A DNA stretch of 64,000 bases from an uncultured delta proteobacterium (GTDB lineage: Bacteria; Myxococcota_A; Polyangia; Polyangiales; Polyangiaceae): the NCBI GenBank assembly GCA_963782055.1, contig CAWAIF010000003.1, positions 3,424,001 through 3,488,000 of the forward strand, in the 5' to 3' direction. Of the stretch, positions 57,905-64,000 are shown one piece after another. Numbering within the stretch: position 1 is the first letter of the stretch; every line of letters starts with the position of its first letter. The position numbers and the translations under genes are program-made. A model generated the notes under the pieces. That model was not told the DNA's origin and did no database searches. It saw only the letters and a program-made list of their open reading frames with translations.

Positions 57905-58696
57905 TCAGAGGCAGACGCCGAACTCCACGCCGTTGACCACGACGGGCGTGCCGAGGCTGGTGCAGGTGCCGGTGTTGCAGTCGCTGCCGTTGACGTGACA
58001 CCACTGCTTGCACAGGGTGTTGTTGTTGCCGTCGATGATGCACTCGTAGCCAGGCGCGCAGAAGGTGGTGGAGCTGCACGTCATGGCGGTGCCCGTCGTG
58101 TAGCAGTCGGTGTCCTGGTTGGTGCTGTCGTAGACGCAGCCGACGCCCCCGCCGCCGCACGAGTTCGGGTCGGTGAGGCTGCAGTCCACCGAGCACACCA
58201 GCAGGTTCTGGATGGGGGTCTGCGCCTGGCCCTGCGTGAGCTGCTTGCAGTGGCCGGTGCCCGGGTCGCTGCAGGAGGCGCCGTCGCTCCCGCAGTACGG
58301 GCGGCACACGCCGAAGATGCAGGTCAGACCCTGGGCGCACTCGCCGGCGGTCTTGGAGCAGGCGTCGCCGATCTGCTTGCTGCCGGCGGTGACGCACGAC
58401 GAGCTGCCGTCCAGCTTCTGCTGGTCCACCTCGCACGTGCCGCCGCTGCACCCGCACTGCGGGTAGACGCCGCAGACGCTGCTCGGGGGGCTGGTGGTGC
58501 AGTTGCCGTTGTTGCCGGAGTCGCTCCCGTTGTTGCCGGAGTCGCTCCCGTTGTTGCCGGAGTCGTTGCCGCCGCCGGCGTCACCCTTGGTGATCACGCC
58601 GCCATCGTTGCCGTTCACCGGCAGGGTCACGCCCTGGGCGCAGCCGCCCACCACCACGACCAGCGCCACACTCCAGAAAGCAAGTCCGCGAACCAT
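57905..58696 (-). CDS. Cys-rich lipoprotein with NNGSDSG linker repeats
   Basis: VGGC lipobox; 21-bp repeats at about 58507-58566; many Cys. Confidence 0.8.
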   Translation of the reverse strand: MVRGLAFWSVALVVVVGGCAQGVTLPVNGNDGGVITKGDAGGGNDSGNNGSDSGNNGSDSGNNGNCTTSPPSSVCGVYPQCGCSGGTCEVDQQKLDGSSSCVTAGSKQIGDACSKTAGECAQGLTCIFGVCRPYCGSDGASCSDPGTGHCKQLTQGQAQTPIQNLLVCSVDCSLTDPNSCGGGGVGCVYDSTNQDTDCYTTGTAMTCSSTTFCAPGYECIIDGNNNTLCKQWCHVNGSDCNTGTCTSLGTPVVVNGVEFGVCL

Positions 58697-58804
58697 CTCC
58701 AACCTCACACCCCGGGAAAACGCCACGTGCCCGGCCACGAGGCCACCCCAGGCACCTGGGGCGGCTTAGCACCTCGAGCATGCCCGCGCGAGGCGCTTCA
58801 TCAC

Positions 58805-59250
58805 GGCTGTCGGCCGGCCTTCGGCCGGGCCTCAGGTGACGTGCCCTTCGGGCTGTCGGCCGGCCTTCGGCCGGGCCTCAGGTGACGTGCCCTTCGGGCT
58901 GTCGGCCGGCCTTCGGCCGGGCCTCAGGTGACGTGCCCTTCGGGCTGTCGGCCGGCCTTCGGCCGGGCCTCAGGTGACGTGCCCTTCGGGCTGTCGGCCG
59001 GCCTTCGGCCGGGCCTCAGGTGACGTGCCCTTCGGGCTGTCGGCCGGCCTTCGGCCGGGCCTCAGGCGACGTGCCCTTCGGGCTGTCGGCCGGCCTTCGG
59101 CCGGGCCTCAGGTGACGTGCCCTTCGGGCTGTCGGCCGGCCTTCGGCCGGGCCTCTGGCGACGTGCCCTTCGGGCTGTCGGCCGGCCTTCGGCCGGGCCT
59201 CAGGTGACGTGCCCTTCGGGCTGTCGGCCGGCCTTCGGCCGGGCCTCAGG
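58805..59250. repeat. Tandem array of a 46-bp multi-hairpin unit (9 full copies plus a 32-nt partial)
   Basis: Unit GGCTGTCGGCCGGCCTTCGGCCGGGCCTCAGGTGACGTGCCCTTCG starts at 58805, 58851, ... 59219; no spacers. Confidence 0.97.
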
Positions 59251-60274
59251 CCTCGACGAGCGTGACCTCGTGGACGAGTGTGCCGAGGCCGTCAATTTCC
59301 AGCTCGACGACATCTCCCGGCTTCAGCCACTGGTTGTCGGTGATCTTGGAGCCGTTGAGCTCGAGGAAGCAGCCCGTGCCGCACGTGCCGGAGCCGATGA
59401 CGTCGCCCGGATAGAGCGTCACGCCATAGCTCGCGCGCTCCATGATCTGGGCGAAGGTCCACGTCATGTCCTGCGCGTTGCCCTTGGAGACCTGCACCCC
59501 GTTCACCCGCGCGGTCATCTCCAGCGAGAAGCGGTTGCCGCTCTGGGTGTGGATGGTCTTGGTGGCGAGCTCGTCCATCGTGACCAGGTGGGGGCCGAGG
59601 CCGGTCGCGAAGTCCTTGCCCTTGGTCGGGCCGAGCGACAGCTTCATCTCCTCCATCTGCATCGCGCGCGCGGAGAAGTCGTTCATCACCGTCATGCCGA
59701 AGATGGCGGCATCGGCCTGCTGCACGCTCAGGTTCCTCCCGCGCTTGCCGACGACGATCGCCACCTCCAGCTCGAAGTCCAGCCGCTCCAGGTGGCGCTT
59801 CTGGACCTGCAGCTTGCCCGGGCCGATGACCGCCTGGTGGTTGGTGAAGTAGAACACCGGGAACTGGTCGAACTCGGGGATCATCTCCACGCCGCGGTTG
59901 CGGCGCGCCGTCTCCACGTGCTGGCGGAAGGCGTAGCCGTCGCGCATCGACGGCGGCCGCGGCAGCGGGGCCTCCAGCGTGACGGTGGACAGCAGGTGCA
60001 CCAGCGACATGCCGTCGAAGGATGAGGGGAGCTTGCCTTCGGTCAGGGTGGCGAGGATGGCGTCGGCGGCCGGGCGGGCGACGTCGGCGTGCTCGATGAA
60101 GCCGAGCACCCCGCTCCCGTACCGGGCCTCCAGCGCCGCCGTGTGGCACGGACGGCCGTGCGTGTGCTCGAACCAGGCGAAGGCATGCGCCAGATCGACC
60201 ACCACCGGGCTGGGGCCTGTGACGACGACGCCCGCGCGCGGGTGGGCGTCGATGCGGAAGGTGACGAGCTTCAT
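59246..60274 (-). CDS. Fumarylacetoacetate hydrolase family protein
   Basis: RDGYAFRQHV, LDFELEVA, NDFSAR, KGKDFAT, GDVIGSGT, WLKPGDVVELEI. Confidence 0.92.
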   Translation of the reverse strand: MKLVTFRIDAHPRAGVVVTGPSPVVVDLAHAFAWFEHTHGRPCHTAALEARYGSGVLGFIEHADVARPAADAILATLTEGKLPSSFDGMSLVHLLSTVTLEAPLPRPPSMRDGYAFRQHVETARRNRGVEMIPEFDQFPVFYFTNHQAVIGPGKLQVQKRHLERLDFELEVAIVVGKRGRNLSVQQADAAIFGMTVMNDFSARAMQMEEMKLSLGPTKGKDFATGLGPHLVTMDELATKTIHTQSGNRFSLEMTARVNGVQVSKGNAQDMTWTFAQIMERASYGVTLYPGDVIGSGTCGTGCFLELNGSKITDNQWLKPGDVVELEIDGLGTLVHEVTLVEA

Positions 60275-60369
60275 CCGGGGGGGATCCTTTCCGTGCGCCC
60301 GCGGGCTCCTGGGGGGGGCTGGGGGACGCGGGCTTGTATCGCAGGCCCCCATGGGACTAGCAAGGGCTG

Positions 60370-60849
60370 GTGTACTTACGGCTTCCGCGCGCGGCGCTGG
60401 GCGTTCTCTACGAGGTCTCGCGGCATCTGCTGCGCCGGCCGGTGGTGGGAATCGCCGCCGCAGCGCGGGTCGACGACGGCCGCTTCGTGCTGATCCGGCG
60501 GGCGGACACGGGCACGTGGTGCCTGCCCGGCGGCACCCTGGAGTGGGGCGAGACGCTGCGGTCATGCCTGCTCCGCGAGTTGCAGGAGGAGGCGGGGATC
60601 ACCTCCGGGGTGCGCGATGTGCGTGTCCTGGGCGTCTTCTCCGACCCCGGGCGCGATCCGCGCTTCCACGCGGTGACCGTGCTGGTGGCGTGCCGGGTGG
60701 ACCCGCCCTCCCGCGCGCCGGAAAATCCCCTGGAAATCCGCGAGGCGAGGCTCTTTGGCCCCGACGAGGCCCCGCGGCCGCTGGCGATGGGGATGGACGA
60801 CCTCTGGGAGCGGGCGCGCACCGGGCGGACCGACGTGGCCCTCGAGTAG
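60370..60849 (+). CDS. NUDIX hydrolase
   Basis: Nudix box GGTLEWGETLRSCLLRELQEEAG; SDPGRDPR. Confidence 0.88.
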   Translation: MYLRLPRAALGVLYEVSRHLLRRPVVGIAAAARVDDGRFVLIRRADTGTWCLPGGTLEWGETLRSCLLRELQEEAGITSGVRDVRVLGVFSDPGRDPRFHAVTVLVACRVDPPSRAPENPLEIREARLFGPDEAPRPLAMGMDDLWERARTGRTDVALE

Positions 60850-60881
60850 ATCCTCGGCCGCGCTGGCCCGTACCGAGCCCC

Positions 60882-62072
60882 ATGGAACGGATCGGGGAGT
60901 ACCTCATCAAGCGGATGGTCGGCGAGGGCGGGATGGGTCGCGTGTACGAGGCGGAGGAGCGTCTCTCCAAGCGCCGCGTCGCCCTGAAGGTCCTGCGGCA
61001 GGAGCTGCTGCGCGACGAGGACGGCCGGCGGCTGTTCCAGAGCGAGATGCAGATCCTGGCGCACCTGGAGCACCCCAACCTGGTGCGGAGCCTGGCCTCG
61101 GTGGAGGAGGACGGGCAGCTGGTGCTGGTGCTCGAGTACCTGGAAGGCAAGACGCTGCGCGAGGTGCTCAACGACCGCGGCGCGCTGCCCTGGCAGGAGG
61201 CGGTGGAGATCGTCGCGCAGATGGCGGCGGCGCTGGGCGTCGCGCACGCGCAGACGCCGCCCATCGTGCACCGCGACCTGAAGCCGGAGAACGTGATGGT
61301 GTGCGACGACGGCGTCGTGAAGGTGATGGACTTCGGCATCGCCAAGGTGCTGGAGCAGGCCCACGCGCCGAGCACGCAGAGCATCGGGACGCTGCAGTAC
61401 ATGAGCCCGGAGCAGATCGACGCGCGCCCCATCGACGCGCGGAGCGACCTGTACGCGCTGGGGCTGGTGCTCTACGAGCTGCTGGCGGGGGAGCCGCCGT
61501 TCCGCTCGGCGTCGCCGCGCGAGCTGCTCAACCTGCAGTGCACCGCCGAGCCCTCGGCGATGGAGGACGTGGAGGTGCCGGCGGGCGTCGAGGACCTGGT
61601 GTTCGACCTGCTCGCCAAGGACCCGGCGGAGCGGCCGGAGTCGGCGGAGACCGTGCTGGACGCGCTCGCCCCCCTGCGCGCGGGACGCAAGACCAAGAAG
61701 ACGCGCGGGGCGAGCTCCGGCAAGCCGGGCCGCGCGGAGAAGACGCTCCCCGCGGAGGAGGCCGACGACGCAGAGCCAGCGCCGCGCGCGGTGGCCGAGT
61801 CGCGCACGGGGGGCACCCTGGACTCGTCGCCGCCCCGCAAGAACGACACGGTGGCGCTGGTGGAGAAGGCGACCGCCCCGCGGCGGATCTCCATGCGCTG
61901 GGGCGTCGGGCTCATCGTCGCCGCCTCGCTCCTCTCCGGGCTGGCAACCTACGGCGTGCGCACCCACTACTGGGGCAAGAGCAAGACCGCGGCGAGCGTG
62001 AACGCCGACGACACGCCGGGCGGAGACGACGGCACGCCGCGCGGCGACCACGGCGCCTCGCGGGCGCGCTGA
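60882..62072 (+). CDS. Hanks-type Ser/Thr kinase with a C-terminal TM
   Basis: GEGGMGRVY, VALK, HRDLKPEN, DFG, YMSPEQ, DLYALG; TM WGVGLIVAASLLSGLATYGV. Confidence 0.93.
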   Translation: MERIGEYLIKRMVGEGGMGRVYEAEERLSKRRVALKVLRQELLRDEDGRRLFQSEMQILAHLEHPNLVRSLASVEEDGQLVLVLEYLEGKTLREVLNDRGALPWQEAVEIVAQMAAALGVAHAQTPPIVHRDLKPENVMVCDDGVVKVMDFGIAKVLEQAHAPSTQSIGTLQYMSPEQIDARPIDARSDLYALGLVLYELLAGEPPFRSASPRELLNLQCTAEPSAMEDVEVPAGVEDLVFDLLAKDPAERPESAETVLDALAPLRAGRKTKKTRGASSGKPGRAEKTLPAEEADDAEPAPRAVAESRTGGTLDSSPPRKNDTVALVEKATAPRRISMRWGVGLIVAASLLSGLATYGVRTHYWGKSKTAASVNADDTPGGDDGTPRGDHGASRAR

Positions 62073-62085
62073 TTGGGGCACGGCG

Positions 62086-64000
62086 ATGAGCGCGCAGGTC
62101 GCCACCGTCCTGGGGCGCGTGGGCCGCGCCGAGAGGGTGCTGCTGCAGGATGGCCGCGAGGCCTGGGTGCTCGACGCCGCCGACGCCTCGCTCGCGCGCC
62201 GGCTGGCGCGTCTGGGGCGGCGCCGCCTGGGAGGCTTCACCGCCGCGCGCGGGCTGCTCCCTTCGCGGGGCGACGCGCCGGTGCTCGTGCGCGCGCAGGG
62301 TCGGACCGTCGACGCGCTGGTCCGGGGGGAGCGCTTGCCCTGGCGCGAGGTGCTGGCGTGTGTCCGCGATCTGGCCAGCGCCCTCGCCGAGTGCGAGCGG
62401 CGCGGCTGGTTCCCCGGCCCGCTGGGCCCGGGCCAGCTCGGGCTGGAGCCGGAGGCGCACGTGCGGGCTGATGCGCTGGTGGGCGCGTGGCTGGGGGAGG
62501 GGACGAAGGACAGGCCGCACTCCCTCCCGTCGCCGCGCTGGACGCCGCCGGAGCAGAGCGAGGGGGCGCCCTGGGACGGCGCCGCCAACCGCTACGTGCT
62601 CGGCCTGCTGGCCTACCGGCTGATCGCCGGCGCGATGCCCTTCGCCGGGGAGAGCCTGCGCGACGACCTCGGTGAACGCAGCGAGGCAGGGGCGCCGCCC
62701 TTCGACGAGGCGATCGCCCGGGAGCTGGAGCCGGGTGTGCAGAGCCTGGTGCTCTCCATGCTCGCGCCTCGCGCGCAGGACCGACCGGCGAACGCCGCGG
62801 CGATCGTCGCGGCCTGCGCGGCGCTGCTCTCCCCGCCACGCGCCGGCGTGGCCAGTGCAACCGTCGCCGGGGCCGCCCCGGCCGCGCCCGCCGCCCAGCG
62901 GGAGGTGGCGTCGGATCGCAAGCGTGCTGGCAATCCGCCGGGGCCCGCGGCCGCGCGGCTGGGTCTCCCGCAGCTCGGCCGCCGTGGGGTCTGGTCGGTC
63001 GCGGCGGGGCTGCTCATCGCCGCCGGCGCCCTCGCCGCCCCCGGCCCGCGGACGACGCCGCGCCGCACGCCCAGGGCAGCCCCCCTGCGCGACACCGGGG
63101 TCTCGGCGTGCGCGTCGTGCCACCCGAGCGAGGTGGCGCAGTGGAAGCGCTCGGTGATGGCGCACGCATCGAAGAGCCCGCTGTTCGGCGCGCTGGAGAG
63201 CGCGGTGGAGGAGCAGGTCGGGCGCAGCTTCACCTGCCCCAACGGCGCGGGCGTCCTGCGGCGGCCCGCGACGGACGCGTGCCGCGACGAGCGCACCGGG
63301 CTGGTGGTGACCGGCACCGGCGGCGAGGGCTGGTGCATCAACTGCCACGCCCCGGGGGAGAACCTGCGCGCGAGCGCGCCGGCGTGGAGCGCGGTGCGCC
63401 AGGACGGCTCGCGCGAGCCGCTGGTCGACCTGCTGGCGCGGCCCTCGCTGGAGGGCATCTCGTGCGCGGTCTGCCACCAGACGGTGGGGCCGGTGGGCGA
63501 GCACGGCCGGCACACCGGCGCCTACGAGGGCAACCCCACCTGGACGAGTCCCTTGACGGGTCAAGTGTTTGCCTCCCGGCCGGAGGACCTCGCGGGCACG
63601 CCGGGGATCGCCAACAGCGGCTACGATCTGGAGGCGGGCCTGCTGCTCGACCGCGCGCGCCCCGGCGACCCGACGCCGCACGGCCACGCCGACGCGGCGG
63701 CGGAGAGCTACCTGCGCTCGAGCGAGTTCTGCGGCGCGTGCCACGACGTGCGCCTCTTCGGCACCGACGCGGTGGGGGTGGTGCAGCGCGGCGAGCACTT
63801 CAAGCGGCTGCGCAACGCGTATTCGGAGTGGCGGACGTGGGCGGACGGGGAGCGGCGCGCGGGGCGAAAGCCGGCGACGTGCCAGGGGTGTCACATGAGC
63901 CGCTACCCCGGCGTGTGCGTGCCCGCCCCCGGCGCGGCCGGCGACGCCGACTGCCCCTCCGGGACGCGCTTCGAGGCGCGCGCGCCAGGCGCGGGCGGCA
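62086..64000 (+). CDS. Pseudokinase-TM-multiheme cytochrome c fusion (partial, runs off the window)
   Basis: Open frame from ATG 62086 to the window end. RWTPPEQ..NRYVLGLLAYRLIAGAMPF; TM VWSVAAGLLIAAGALAA; CASCH 63109, CINCH 63334, CAVCH 63463, CGACH 63730, CQGCH 63880. Confidence 0.85.
   Translation, partial: MSAQVATVLGRVGRAERVLLQDGREAWVLDAADASLARRLARLGRRRLGGFTAARGLLPSRGDAPVLVRAQGRTVDALVRGERLPWREVLACVRDLASALAECERRGWFPGPLGPGQLGLEPEAHVRADALVGAWLGEGTKDRPHSLPSPRWTPPEQSEGAPWDGAANRYVLGLLAYRLIAGAMPFAGESLRDDLGERSEAGAPPFDEAIARELEPGVQSLVLSMLAPRAQDRPANAAAIVAACAALLSPPRAGVASATVAGAAPAAPAAQREVASDRKRAGNPPGPAAARLGLPQLGRRGVWSVAAGLLIAAGALAAPGPRTTPRRTPRAAPLRDTGVSACASCHPSEVAQWKRSVMAHASKSPLFGALESAVEEQVGRSFTCPNGAGVLRRPATDACRDERTGLVVTGTGGEGWCINCHAPGENLRASAPAWSAVRQDGSREPLVDLLARPSLEGISCAVCHQTVGPVGEHGRHTGAYEGNPTWTSPLTGQVFASRPEDLAGTPGIANSGYDLEAGLLLDRARPGDPTPHGHADAAAESYLRSSEFCGACHDVRLFGTDAVGVVQRGEHFKRLRNAYSEWRTWADGERRAGRKPATCQGCHMSRYPGVCVPAPGAAGDADCPSGTRFEARAPGAGG

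Noticed and set aside
58974..59207. Repeat-encoded peptide ORFs in the array
   Set aside because: The 46-bp unit is not a multiple of 3, frames cycle and hit TGA; most likely a by-product of the repeat.
58805..59250. CRISPR array
   Set aside because: Units are contiguous and near-identical, with no unique spacers, and no cas genes are in the window.
59979..60881. N-terminal extension of the 697-aa kinase ORF
   Set aside because: Overlaps the FAH and NUDIX genes; the kinase domain starts at MERIGEY (60882).
61912..63894. 660-aa minus-strand ORF at the window end
   Set aside because: Antisense shadow of the + strand pseudokinase-cytochrome gene, which carries clear motifs.

Overview
Very GC-rich bacterial chromosome window. 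The gene repertoire (many Cys-rich lipoproteins with DAG/DGG linkers, giant TPR proteins, a GYF_2/AgmX-type motility-like protein, Hanks-type kinases) suggests Myxococcota, probably Polyangiales (inference). Positions 1-4118 are the right end of an element integrated at a tRNA-Lys(TTT) gene: a 3' tRNA fragment (att), a translationally coupled Cro-like / excisionase-like / Zn-finger / primase-SF4-helicase operon and an iteron-like cluster, consistent with a phage satellite or prophage. The rest is core and envelope genes: deaD, a polyprenyl synthase, an L,D-transpeptidase, FKBP, typA, alpha-2-macroglobulin plus pbpC, two giant TPR genes apparently fused by a 1-nt frameshift, atpDC, dnaG-rpoD, glgP, FAH, NUDIX and a Ser/Thr kinase. 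The best candidate for a new system is an ORF missing from the supplied track (62086 to the window end). It fuses a pseudokinase, a TM helix and a multiheme cytochrome c domain (at least 5 CxxCH), directly behind an active membrane-anchored kinase. Also notable are a 46-bp multi-hairpin tandem array (58805-59250) and a pseudokinase-GYF_2-TM-AgmX-type protein. All family assignments come from motif recognition by eye, not database searches.
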